Of a DNA stretch of 64,000 bases, positions 1 to 13,000 are shown one piece after another (the stretch's first letter is position 1; each line of letters begins with the position of its first letter). Under the pieces are notes generated by a model. The model was not told where the DNA came from, did no database searches, and worked only from the letters and a program-made list of their open reading frames with translations. The stretch is taken from the NCBI GenBank assembly GCA_030698625.1, contig JAUYMS010000030.1, positions 148,016-212,015 on the forward strand. Reading direction: 5' to 3'. The translations under genes and the position numbers were made by a program. The stretch comes from Candidatus Omnitrophota bacterium (GTDB taxonomy: Bacteria > Omnitrophota > Omnitrophia > Omnitrophales > Aquincolibacteriaceae).

Positions 1-660
1 CGTGAAGCCCTCGAGAAGATCAAGCGGCAGAAATTCGACGTCATTTTCCTCGATATCGATATGCCCGGCATGAGCGGTCTTGAGGTGGCAAGCCGCCTGG
101 TCGGTTTTGATGACCCGCCCCTTGTCGTTTTCGCGACCGCCTACCATCAGTACGCCGTTGAAGCCTTCAACGCCAATGCCATGGACTATGTCTTAAAGCC
201 TTACGACCCCATACGCCTCAAGCAGACCTTCGAACGCATCAAGGAGCGACTGGCCGGCCAGGGGAGTTCCAAGCAGCAGCTTCAGGGCCTCGAGGATCAC
301 CTCATTAAGAAGGGGGTGCTCAAGAAGCTCGTCGGCCATACGCGGAACACCAAGGACAGGGTGGTCATTGACCCGGGTGAGGTCTTCTATTTTGATGTCA
401 AATACTCCGAGGTCATCGCCCATTTGGGAGATCGACAGCTCATTATAAACATTACACTTAAGGAAATTATCGACCGTCTGGACCCCGCCCAGTTTGCTCA
501 GACCCATAAATCCTATCTCGTCAATATCGATAAAATCGAGAAGGTTTCCCCCATGTTCAGCGGTAACTTCGAGATAGCCCTGAAAGCCCCTCTAGGGGGC
601 AATATTCCTCTCTCCAGGCGCTATGCCAAGCACCTCAAAAGCCTCCTAGGCGACTGGTAG
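1..660 (+). CDS. LytTR-family two-component response regulator (5' end lies outside the window)
   Basis: Frame is open from base 1 (REALEKIKRQKFDVIFLDIDMPGMSG). Receiver motifs FLDIDMP, FATAY and DYVLKP; C-terminal LytTR motif FAQTHKSYLVNIDKI...IPLSRRY. Confidence 0.95.
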   Translation, partial: REALEKIKRQKFDVIFLDIDMPGMSGLEVASRLVGFDDPPLVVFATAYHQYAVEAFNANAMDYVLKPYDPIRLKQTFERIKERLAGQGSSKQQLQGLEDHLIKKGVLKKLVGHTRNTKDRVVIDPGEVFYFDVKYSEVIAHLGDRQLIINITLKEIIDRLDPAQFAQTHKSYLVNIDKIEKVSPMFSGNFEIALKAPLGGNIPLSRRYAKHLKSLLGDW

Positions 661-664
661 ACAA

Positions 665-752
665 AGGGGTCAAGTCTCGACTTGACTACATGTCTAGCAC
701 CTCGCCCGAATTAGCCTCTTATACGTAGCTCAAGTACGAGACATTGACCCCT
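665..752. repeat. Imperfect inverted repeat pair (REP/REPIN-like, GGGGTCAA ends)
   Basis: 665-689 aggggtcaagtctcgacttgactac versus reverse complement of 725-752 aggggtcaatgtctcgtacttgagctac. Confidence 0.7.
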
Positions 753-760
753 GGTTGCTG

Positions 761-829
761 ACCGCTTAGCCCGTCTAATCGACCGCCTAGCGTCTTTCCA
801 TCGTGATTTTCACGCTCTCCGAGTATGGT
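761..829 (+). promoter_or_regulatory. Putative LytTR binding direct repeat plus -10 box
   Basis: ACCGCTTA (761-768) and ACCGCCTA (782-789) with a 13-bp spacer, matching the E. coli BtsR/YehT site pattern. TATGGT at 824-829 with no good -35. Confidence 0.7.
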
Positions 830-867
830 CTCAATAAGAGCAGAACGACCTTACAGGGGGAAAGACG

Positions 868-1029
868 ATGCTAAACGAATACAGCAAGAAACAGAAGGCG
901 TGGAAGGGAAAGCTCGAAGGGGTCTCCAAGCAGTTCGGGGTTAACGAGACCTTGATGGACAAGCTTTGCTTCTATTACATCATGCGTTCGATTTCAGAGC
1001 AGATTCGCGGGGAGAACCATGCTGCCTGA
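868..1029 (+). CDS. Small hypothetical protein (53 aa), absent from the ORF track
   Basis: SD-like caggggg, then ATG: MLNEYSKKQKAWKGKLEGVSKQFGVNETLMDKLCFYYIMRSISEQIRGENHAA*. Overlaps the start of the giant gene by 11 nt. Confidence 0.6.
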   Translation: MLNEYSKKQKAWKGKLEGVSKQFGVNETLMDKLCFYYIMRSISEQIRGENHAA

Positions 1030-4000
1030 AACTGCCAATAAATTTATCGCCTCGCTGATCATCGTCACCATGACGTTGACTCAAGCCGTCCCTTACGGAT
1101 TTGCCTCCGATCTTACTTTGTCGAAGACCGGGGAGTACATCCAAGAGACGGACGCGACGGCACCCGGCACACAGGTAGAAAGCGAAGATCTTCCGCGCGA
1201 GTATGAGGAATTTTTTGATGACAGTTTTAGTCCTCTTTCAGCGTCGGAGTCGGAAGAGAATGTCGAAACAGTTGAAGTTACAGAAGAGGTTAAAGAGGAA
1301 CTTGAGAAACAAGATCTGGATAAGATCGAGCCCGTGGTCCTAGAACTGCCTTCGGGGCCGATCGATTGGGATCTCGCCGAAGACCACAAGCTTCTAAAGG
1401 AAGCACGCGAGCGGTACGGCGACCGGGTTGTTTCCGGAACGGGGCACTATCCGGACCGCAATGCCTTGGATTACCCGACCACTTATAAGTTCTATGATAA
1501 AGACGGCAATCTCATTGCAACCTATGTCGGCGGAGGGCTCGGAGGCGCGGACGTATGGACCGAAGAACCTAAGCCGCTCGACGAGGCGCTTAAGGAATAC
1601 TACGAAAAGCTTTCGGCGTTTGACGATTTCGCCAGCGGCATTGCCCTTAAGGGGATTACGTTAGACGAGATCAAAAAGCTGCGCAACATTCAAGACCGCC
1701 TAAAGGAAGTTCTCGAAGCCATTATCGCGCTCGGTGAAGCGCCCGGCGAAAACCTTCTTAAAGGGTTCCAGGACCGCGTTGTCATGCTTGATGACATTTT
1801 GTCGTCGCGGCCCTTGCTTATAAAGATGGGCGATAAAACCCTCGAGGTGAATATCTCTGAAGCCATGCGCGCGATACACGAACAGTACAGGCGTCTCGGC
1901 CTTGTCACAACTGACGATTTTTACCGGCTGCCGGGCATAGACGCTGCCGACCTCGCAGGTCATGAGACCTTTGCTCAGTATCTCGATTCCCGTCAAGTCG
2001 GTATCACGACCGTCATCTCCGTATTCAAGGGTCTTTCCTCCTACGGCAATCTGACGCTCATTCACGGACTCTTCGTGAAGTACATCGAACAATACGGCAA
2101 CATCATGATGGGCGATGACCGCGATGCCGACGGCTACCCGGAAGTCAATTACACGGTTTTCGCCCGGTTGGTAAACGGAACTGAGATCGCCCGTCGCGAA
2201 GCCTTGGCGACCGTGCATAGAATGATTGCCGAACGGGGTATTAAGGTTCCCTCAGGCGGTACGGAATCGTTTGAGGAGCTGCTTGAGCTCGTCAAGAGCA
2301 TCGACAAGTTGGATGAAGATTTGAAAAAGGTGCTGGGGGATTATATTGATTCTCTCGATCTGGAGGAAGTCTTCAAGCGCGATGTTCAAAACGAAATCAA
2401 TAACGTGATTCGCAACACATACGATAATTTTATCCGTAACTTCCGCGATATGTTTAAAGACCACAATACTCCTCCGGGAGGACTCCTGCGTGAGCACGAT
2501 ATTCGCTTCCCTTCAGGGAATACGCTTTCGCTTGACGACATAGTGGATTTTATCAGTAAGTCCGAGAACCTGCACCAGGTCATGCTGGCGGCTAACGCCG
2601 ATTTCAAAGAAGGGCTCGGTGATTCGAATACCGGTCTTACGAATACGATCCGCCGACTATTAGACAGCAAGATCAGTACAATCATGCACGATTTGATGAG
2701 TCATGTTACCAACACCATCAATGCGCGGCAGACCTTCATCGATGACATCGTCACCGATCATGAGTGGTCGCATCCGCTCCATATCGAAGGGGCGCTCACA
2801 TTTGAGGACTTCTCGAATTATACCGTTGAGCTCCTCAGTCTGCAGCAGTCGATGAAGGACAGGCTTGCGGCGTCGGAAGAGCGCGTGAACGCCGCCAGCA
2901 GTCAATTCCTGAACACGGTTCGCAACGCACTTACCTATAAGATCTCGGGCTTCATGACCCGTACTAAGAATGAAATCAAGATGACTATCCGGACGCGGGA
3001 CACGGAGCTTAACACCATCATTGCCGAGCACAATATTAATTTTTCGAGCGCCCAGCCCGTTACGTTTGAGTGGCTATTAAATCGCGTGAACGGGGTCGAT
3101 GACCTCGGCCGGGAACTCTCGGAAAAACTTCAGGCCTTTAAGGGAAAAATGGGTGAGATCACTAACGACGACGGCCTGGTTAATCTGATTTTGACAGAAA
3201 TGCGGTATCAGGTTGACGGCGCCACGATATGGGAAAATAACAGCCGTATTGTCTTTCCCGGCTTGTACAAGACGATTCGTGAAGGATTAGAGCGTGTTAT
3301 CACAAACGTGAATGTCGAGTTTGACATCGAAGGTCTCGGTAAAGTGGTGATCACGGCCGGTGATTTGAATGCGCTGACCAACGGTCTTCCTTCGGATATC
3401 GCCTCACTCATGCGTTTTCCGGGAATCATGGAAAAGCTGACCGAAGAGCAATTGCATGAACTTGAGAAGCGGGACCGCGAAGTCTTAAGGCGCAATTGCT
3501 GTTTCGATGGCCGCAATGCACAGGCGGACGCAGGCAACCTCTCAATTTTTGGACGCCGGATTCAGCTGACCGGGCTCTTTCTTCAAGCCGCCGGTGCTGA
3601 AGTGGTCAATGCGGACGGGTATGTGGACCGCGATGCCTATCGCCGCGCCCTGTTGATGAACGACCGCCTGGAAGCCCTTTACAACGCCGCCCAGCTTGTC
3701 ATTGAAGGGTCCGTTATGCGAGTCGATGAGCTCGTGCGGGACATCTCCAAGGGAATATCCCTCGAGACTTATGAGCGTTTGTACCAGCTGATCAAAGATA
3801 CCAACGGTGCGGTCACGGATATTATCAAGCTCGCCTTGGACGGTGTTATTCATTCGGCTAGGAGCATGGTGTTGGATATGCTGCAAGACGATTTTAATGT
3901 CCTGCTGCGTAAGATCGACGGCATTTTAGCCGAAGCCCCGATCCAGATCCGGATCGGCGACAAGGTGTACGTCGTCGACAGCCGCAAGGTGCGTGACGCC

Positions 4001-7000
4001 ATGCACCAGTTGCTCAATATGCTGACTGTTCGAAATGATAATAATTACAGTAAAGAACAATACGCGCGTCTGACCGGTGTTACTCAGGAGTTATTGCAGA
4101 CCTTGCAGACAGATTACGAATTGAACGCCTCCCGCCAAATTCGGATCGACTGGCGTGAACCGACTTACAGCCGCGACATGAATCAGACGATTTCCCTGAA
4201 CGAATTTTTGTATCGCATGATTCCCGTAATCCTCAAGAGTTTTGGCGAAGTCATCCTCGGCGAGGATGGGGAAGTCTCTTATGTGAACATTGAAGACCAA
4301 CTGCTCGAAGGAGCCAATGCCCCTGTCGAAAAAGGGCAGGACCTGCAAACCGTCTTCGGCGATCTGGTGGCGAAAAGGTTTAAGGACGCCAAAGAGAAGC
4401 TGCATAGCTTTGATTTCAGCAAGTGGGAAGACCGGATCGCCGCAGAGAAGCTCATCTACGGCCTCGTCTACGGACTCGAAAAAGAAATCGCCTATCTCCT
4501 GCAGGTCCTGAACGCGAGTGAGATAGGCGTCCTGAATGCGGAACTCAACAAGTACAACTACTACAGCTGGAACAGGAGGGGGGAGCGTTTTAACGATACG
4601 GTGTTCGGGCGCCCCTCGTTTTACGCCCTTTGGGAGTATTTCGTGTACCGGATGCTTGTGGCGCCGAGAACGGCCCTGCTGCCCGACGGCAGGGTATTGA
4701 AGATCGATGTCCAGAGTATTCGCTCGATCCCCGGCTTTCCGTACCAGCGTTCATTTGATGAGGAGCTCTTCCCCGGTATTGTCGACGGAGACTTTGACGG
4801 CGCCGAGAAACTGCAATATCTCCATAGCGGCCCGTTTCAGCTGATGAAAGATGCCGACAGATCGCTGGAAGATTTTCTGCAGGCCCAGACGGAACGCGAC
4901 AAGTTCATCATTAACCTGGTTCTGCGCCACTACGCGCACTTGGACGAGATTCCGGAGATCTATAAGGGCCGGCTCTTTGTCGCAAACGAAGACGGAACGG
5001 TTTCTCTCAATACCGAGATCTTCCGCCGCTTGATCAAGGGAATCGACCTGCTTCATCAGCAAATCCTCAAGCAGGTCAAGGAATGGACGGCCGAAGCGCT
5101 TGAAAGTTTACAGGCCCTGAAGAAAGTGCCGATGACGGTAGCTTCCATCAAAGAACTCTATGCCGCTGTGATGGCACATCGAACCAAGATTATGGAATAC
5201 CTGAACGGTCTGACCCGTAAGCATGAAAAGGAAGATGTGATGGAGATGGAAGAGGATGTTACGGCTATTTATAAGGCAATGGTTGACGAAATGATTCACT
5301 ACATGCGCGACAACGACCTCGTGACCCAAGCGGGCGGCCGCGAAGTCGTGATTCCTTACGGGCAACTGACGCAGCTGCTTATGAAGGCGCTCGAAGAGAA
5401 ATTCCCCGGCGAAGATATCTCGGCCCATCACTTCGCGTCTTTTTACGGGATCTCCATTGAGGACCTGCGCCCCGCGAACAAGTTGGAAGAATTCCTGGGG
5501 ATGCAGATCATCGCATTGCCGCGGAACTCACAGTATGTTGAGATCATCTCCAAGCTTTCTGAAATCGGTGTGATGGAAGTGCTTGAGAAAGCCATGGCGG
5601 CTTACGGTGAGATGGCCCTGCGTTCAGACGGCACCTTAGACCCCGAAAAACTGGTCGAGTTACTTCTCGACGGTAACCTCGCGGTGAAACGAGCCAACGA
5701 GCGCGCCGATGAGATCGCTCGCAAGGTCCGTGAAGGCCTGGCCGCGATCGAGAAGCCGCTGACCAATCAGTCGTTCGCCGAAATGGCGACGTTGATCGAC
5801 AATATGAAGATTGAATTCATAAATGTCATGAACGATATGGTTTCCGGATTTGAGCGTGAAATGTTTGATGCCGTACAGTCGCACGTGAGCAGTCTCTATC
5901 AGGAAACGATTAAGCTCAGAATCGATATGCTCACGCAGAATCCGATTCAGATCACCGGGCATGACGGCAGTCAGTTCACGCTCGACCTTCGAGGCATTGA
6001 GTCCGAAGTGGTCGGCCGCATTATGGCATTGCTGTTACAGTTGCCCGAGGAAAAGAAAATATTTGACCTGATTTCCTCGCCGATTTACCGGTCAGAGACT
6101 GAGCCTAGAGTCTTCACATCCAAGGTGAGTTTTGCGAATACCACCATGATGGTAGAGCCGGCTATGGCGCTAGAGGAGAAGGCAGTTATTGATACCGGGT
6201 ATCTCATTCGCCTGCCGATTTACCGTCCTTGGCAGCCTTGGTATCCGTTACCGGGGAATGTTGATCCCAAGGATACCCTCACACAATTTGGTTTCTACCA
6301 ATTGCTGGTGCGTCTGGCCGAGAAGTTCGGGTCTTTTGCTACCGACGAGAACGGTGACTTTTCGCTCGGCAACTTTCTTGCCGAATTGGAAAAGACAGAT
6401 TTAGACCGCTTTAACCGCAGAATCAAAATGTTAGAAGACGAAGTCACTGCCGAGCTCGCTTCGCGCGTGCCGGAAGACGCTAACGACCCGGTGTCTCTCG
6501 GGGCCGTAATCGGTATGCAGGATTACCTCGATAAGTCCCGCGAGCGTTTTCTGAAAGCCTTGGGCACGATGCTTAACGACGATCAGAACAAGAGTAACGC
6601 AATTAGCAGCGCCAATGCCGCGTGGACTCGCGTGATGAATAAGTATGAAGCGCTTATCCTTGAGCGCAAGGTCACCATGCAGATCCATGGCCGCACCGTC
6701 ACTTTTGACGGTAAGGTGCTGCATGAGATCCTGGTCGAAGAGTACAACCAGCACCCCGATTTCATCGATTCTTATAAAGAGGGTGGCGAGACGAATTCGG
6801 CCTACTCAAATTACCGCACACTCTATCGTGACTACGATAACAAGCGTTATTATGACAATGACTCAAACAGTTTTCGCGATGACGCCGAAGATCTGGAGAA
6901 GAAAAATCTCCGCTATCCTTTTGACCTCGGTGAGCTTAAACGCATTCCGGCCATCTCTCACAAGGATCTCGTCGGCTTGGATGTGAATTCCAAGAATCAG

Positions 7001-10000
7001 GTGAAGCTGAGCTTCCTGGCTGATGCCAAAGAACTCCTCAAGGGCAGGCTGAATATGCGGGTCTTCGCGCCCGGCGCGGCGATTCAAACGGTCGGTGTTG
7101 CCACTAGCTCCATGAAGTCCTCAAGCGTCATGGCCATGGCGGAAATGAGCGTGCGTTATGAGGACGTTTCCTACGACAAGGTGCTGCTAGGGAATTATAT
7201 CGAAATTGATGAGCGGCGGGTCAAGTACGTACCTCGCCGCTACCTCGATGTTTCGAAGCGTGACGCGATATTCCGCATGCTGCCGGCCATGATCATGGAC
7301 CATTGGCGGTCTCTTGTGGTGAACGGTGTTGTGGACGCCGACAAGTTCCGGGAATTGCTCCGCGACCCCGAAGGCATGAAGCAGCGTGAAAAGCAACTGG
7401 TGCTGGATTCCCTGAAGAGCCAGATCGAAGCGTTCCGCAAAGCGCTGGTTTCAGGGGATCCTGATATGCCGGCCATCGGTCTCACCGGTATCGTCGAGCG
7501 CGACGGCAACGGTTATTCGCTCGTGGTTTATGAACCGCGTCTCTATAAGTACCTTCTCGAACACACGGATGCCGATACGGGCCGTCTCAAAGCCGATGCG
7601 GTCACAGATGAACTGCTCGCATTGACCAGCCTGACGAAAGACCAATTAATCGAGCGTCCGATCAACGAGTGGCGGGTAAAACTGCCGCATGTCAGTTACC
7701 GGCTGCCGCAGGACAAGATCTACCCGATCTACTACGAAGAAGACGTCATGCTCAGCAGTTTGAAGGCGGAGTCGGATTCAAGCATTCTGCGTTTCCCGAG
7801 CCCGCGTTGGTACGACCTTGTCGGAAAGACCATCAATATCATGAAAGCCAATGTGAGCTTTCAGGTCAATGACAAGGGTGTGGTTGAAGGTGTTATCCAT
7901 GAGGCCGTTGGTGTGACACCGCTGAAGCACGCGGAGCAGGCCAAAGAGCTGTTGCTCAACTCGAGCCAGGCGCGGCTCGCCAAGCAACTGCGCGACGCCT
8001 ATATCGAACAGTTTGTGACAGGGGACAACCCCGACCTGCCGAAGGGCCTTAAGGCCGCCATTGCGGCGTACCTGAAGGTCGGCATCGAAGATATTGTCAG
8101 CATTGCGGCCGAGGCGCGTGACTTCATCAGGTGTTTGGGCGGCAATTGCCCGACCTGGTCGAAAACCCTTTCTGTGTGGGCGGTGGTCGACGGCGTAAAG
8201 AAGCATTTCGCCGGAGTCGCCACCGGCGGCTGGTGGGGATTTATCCTGGAACCGATCCGCGAGCCCGTCTATAGAACTCTCGATGATGCTGTTGACGAGA
8301 TGATTGCCGACGAGAGGCGTGTTGATTTTATGCCGGAGCGCGCGCCCTCAGTTTTCCTGATCGAGACAGACCCGCTTATTGACGGCCGTGCTCTTGAAGC
8401 CATCGCCGATGCGGCCAAGGTCGCCGTCGAACAGATCACCGCAGTGGATTTCAAACGACATGAAAACCGCATTGTCTGCAAAGGCCCCGGTTGCGACGTC
8501 TGGTCGGGCGACCTCCGTGTGACGGTGAAACAGGGGGATAATCCCGAAAAGCATTTCGAAGGCGAGATCGTCAAGATTTTCGAACCGAGCAAACTGAACG
8601 GATATCGCCAATATCGTGTCACGCTGGAAGAGTATGTGCCGGTTCACGAACATCTCTCCCGTATCGACCTTTCGGCATGGTGGGGGGATATTCACTACAT
8701 CGACAATAAACAGGCGGTTATCTATGGCCAGTACGGCAGGAACGACGAAAACAAAAATGGTCACTTCGCCGCGATCGTAGACCCGCGAACGGGCGAGATC
8801 CTGCGCTATCTGAAGGACCGGGCGGGGTGGTTGACCGGGGCCGTCTCGGAGAACAAGCGTTATGCCGCCTTTTTCGAAAATGACAACTTCAACATTAATG
8901 TTCTGATTTATGACCTGCACACAGGCACCAGTACGAGCTACCGCATCGAGAACTACTACACATGGGGCGCGGGAACGAAAAAGGACGGCTATCTCGATTT
9001 CCTGGTGTCGGATTCGGGCAAGATTCACGTCCTGCACCGCGGTCAGATGCCCGATCGTAACACCTACGGGCCGCATGAGGTCCGCGTTTACGGTTCCGAC
9101 GGCAAGATCGAGTCGCGAGTGGCCTTTGAAGGCGATGCCAACGATGCCTATCTGAAACTGGTGATGCGTGGTAACTGGATCTACGCCATCGGCAACCGCA
9201 AGGCCAATGCATCCTCCTCTCACCCCGGCGACCTGATCCTTATTCAACGAATCAAGGTGAAGGGCAACGACCTGGAGATGGGTGAGGCAAGCCGCGTGAA
9301 TGCCGGCATCGAGGCCTGGGAGCTTGACATCGCGGAAGGTTCGCGGTGGATCACCGTCTACGATTTCAACAAACCGCGCTTCACGTTCGTTTACTTCGGA
9401 AAGGATCCGTCGGAGGACAAGCTTGCTGACATTCCGCCGGTCAATACCGCGGGCGGGTCTCAGCAGGCCCGTAATTACAGTGCTTATGATCCCAAGGGCA
9501 TCCTTCTGGTATTTACGCGGTTCTATTATATGAATGAAAAAGAGCGCGACCGTCTCAGCGTATACGATACAAAGACCGGCACGTCGAAATCCTATGATTT
9601 TCGGACAATCATGCAGTACCTCGGGATCGGCGGGCCGGACGACGGCTTCGTCAAAAATTTCGGCTTTTCGCTCAACCTCAAGACGCGCCGCTTCGTATTC
9701 TCGGCCGGGGTAAGCGCTCCCGATTTCTACAGACACAGGGCAGGGGAAAATTATCTCTACGAAGGTTCCCTTGATGATCTCTACGCGCTGTTGGAAATCT
9801 TCGACGAAGGACGCCGCTACCTGGAACTGCCGGACGGGAGCAAGCAGTGGTTCAACGAGGACGGCCGGTTAATCAAGAAGATCGATAAAGACGGTAATGT
9901 CTTTGAAGTCGATTGGAAGACGCGGACGGCGACGATGACGTCGGTCTACGACGGTTCGGTGACGACGTGGAAGAATGTTATCGCTGACAAGGGGTATGAG

Positions 10001-13000
10001 GATGACGGCCGCTATTCGATCGGTGTCTGGTACTTCAAGAATAAAAAAGATTATCCGGACCACTACTTCAAGTTCGGCGGCGAATTTGTCTCACGTGTCA
10101 CCACCGCGAAGAACGCGGCCTATTTCTTCGACGGCCGCTCTTGGAACGGCGATCTCGGCAACGTGATCAAGATTCAAGATGCCGACGGGACGCTTGAACT
10201 CAATTGGAACGAGAAGACGGCGACCCGCACCGACAATGACGGGAATGTGACAAAGTTCACGGATATCAGCGTCATGCAGACCCAAGGCTCGGAGTGTGCG
10301 TCCGGCAGCGGAGATCAATTGACGTTTTGCCCGACATGGATCGCCGACTACATGATTCAGCCCGGGTATCAGGGAATCGGCAGTTACAGCACCCGTGTCG
10401 AGAAGGACGGAATTACTAAGACGGGAACTTTTCAGCTGATCGGCCGCAAAATGGATTCCGCTTATCCGAAGACCATCGTGGTCAACGGTAAGACCGTGAT
10501 TGTCGATATGGAAGCGCTCGTGGAAGCCTTAAAGGCCGCTAAGAACAAAGCGCGCTTTGATAGCGGCGTCCTTTGCTTCGAAGGCTGCGGTGATGCTCAG
10601 GACCTCTTCCTGCTTCAAGGTGTTAAAGACGTCTTTGCGATTGAAGAATTGAACCGCTTTGAGCATAATCCGCGCCCCAGATTCCTGATCGTGGGGCCGA
10701 CCTATTCACGGCAGGGCTGGATCGATTTTGCGACCGAACTGCTGCGCCGCTATGATGAAAAGGGTCTTGATATCTTTAATGCAATTAACCGGTTGATGAT
10801 TACCGACGTGTGGCCGCCGCGGCCGTTTCATTCACAAGTCAATAACGATAAGGTCATGGACATTGTGCTCAGAGGCATTGAACAGGCCGATCCGCGTGTG
10901 GCGCGTATGCGTAAAGTAATTCTCTCAGATCTTGCCAAGTCTTACGGTCTGAAGAAAGTGGAACAGTGGTACGCGGAGGGCCTTGTGCGGATCAAGGTGG
11001 ACATGAAGTCGATGACGGCACACGTTGCCTTCGACAAGACTCTGCAGGAGCAGAGGATTTCCGGGCCGCTTGTCGATCCGCTCGGCGAGTTCATTGTGCC
11101 GGCCGCGATGGAGTTCAATTTTAAGGAAGTGCCGGATTCACGCATCAACTGGTTCACCGTTGCGGACCCGGTGCCTGCCGTTCTGGAACTTGGCGGTATC
11201 GCATTAGACGTCAAGAAAGTCACCGGTACGGCGCTTATGGCCGAGAAGAGTCTAACGATTCAGCCGGCGATGCGGCTGATGCTGACGGGCGCCGCCATTG
11301 TCTATCAGAAGAGTGCTCTTCAGTTGAACTCATTCAGACAGGAATTCAAGGTTGGGCGTATCGAGGTCAGTTACGATACAAACACTTGGAATAACAACTT
11401 GCCGTCTCTGGTCAACATGTACGACGAGTCCGGGAACCGCGTCAAGGTAATCAATATGAACGGCTTTCAGGGAAGCTATGAATGCGCCTTCGGCGAAGAG
11501 TGCGCCTTTGCCCAGGTCGATATCTGGCCGCCGAGCGCGTCTACGCCTCGTCCGTTGATCTATTACCCCGGGAACGATGACATCACGCACCGCTTTGTTC
11601 AATTCAGGCATGGCGATTTTGACAAAGGAATTGAGTCAACCCTGGAGTATCAGGGTAAAGACAGCGTTACGCTCGCGGTGATCAATACCTTTCAGTACAG
11701 AGACGACGGGTCGCTTGAAACGATCACGCGCACCGGCCCGGATGGGGAACTCTCCAAAATTGAATTAGATACCACGACAGGTGATGTCGCTGCAAGGCCC
11801 GCTCCGGGCTCGCGGGTGGCGTTGATCACGCGTGCCGACGGCAGACAAAGGAACATCTTCTTTAAAAACTGGGAAGAGCTGATTGACCGCACCCGCCAGT
11901 TTGAGTCCGAAATGGAAGATCCCCGGGCGGCTCAAGTGAGGAAGCTTGTCATAGCGGGTCTTGACTCTTACGGGATGACCCGAGAAGAGATTGAGCAGTG
12001 GCTGGAAGCGGGCCTTCTTAAGATCGAGGTTGATTTAAAGAAGAATCAGGCGCGGGCCGTCTTTAGTGAAAAGCTGCAAGGCCGCAGGTTTGAAAATGCC
12101 AAGGTGCATCCTTTGGGCGCGTTTATCGTACCGGCCGCAATTCAGTTTACGTTCAAAGAGGAGGAGCCCTTTTTTCTCTCGATCGCGCCGGTGGTAAGTC
12201 GCGATGGCGAAAAAGAAGCCGTAGATGTTGAGTATCCGTTAGATCCGGGCTTGATTAAGCCTCTGTTGCCGTTCCGGAAACAATTGATATTGGCTTCGGC
12301 AGATATTCAGTACGAGGCAGGCGGCGTTTATGGGCGCATGAGTGTCGATTATTCTGACACCGGCCGCCTTGCGAGTGTGAAGATTTACAGCGCGGGCGAG
12401 CTTGTCAAAGAAGTCAAGTATCAGTGGTTCGAACCTTGTAACCGTTGGGGGATGTGTCTAGAGTCGATCTGGAACGATTCCGCCACAGTGTACTACCCGC
12501 AATCCACGGACATTACGCGTAGGAGAGTTGACTGGAATAGCGGCGGCTTGATGACACTCATGATTCCCTCGGGCGCGATTACAGGTGTTCAGGAATTCGG
12601 TTTGGATGAATCCGGCAAGGAAGTCCGGCTCTTCACCAACGAGTATAAGTATGGAGGTAACAATGTTCTCTATGAGGAAGACGTAGACTACGAACCCATC
12701 GGCAGTGTAGAAGACTACGAGTTGACGAAAGTGGTCACACCGTATCTGTCTAAGATCGTCCGCAGAGATGCAAAGAACAACGTCATTTCCACGATCGATA
12801 TGCGGCCGTTTTTAGAGAAACCCGAGTTCGATATGAATCAGGACGGAGTCGTCGATCAGGCCGACGCGCAATTCATGCGCCTTGCCTTAGAGATGGCGGA
12901 GGGAAAGGCAACGGGCGATCTGAATTTCGACGGCGTTGTGGATGCGAAGGACCTGAGGCTTTTTTACATCGGCCGTTATGCGGTGATCCGCCTTGCCGAC

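Noticed and set aside
8348-9736. 462-aa antisense ORF and many other overlapping ORFs
   Set aside because: Shadow frames of strongly coded plus-strand genes with no recognisable motifs.
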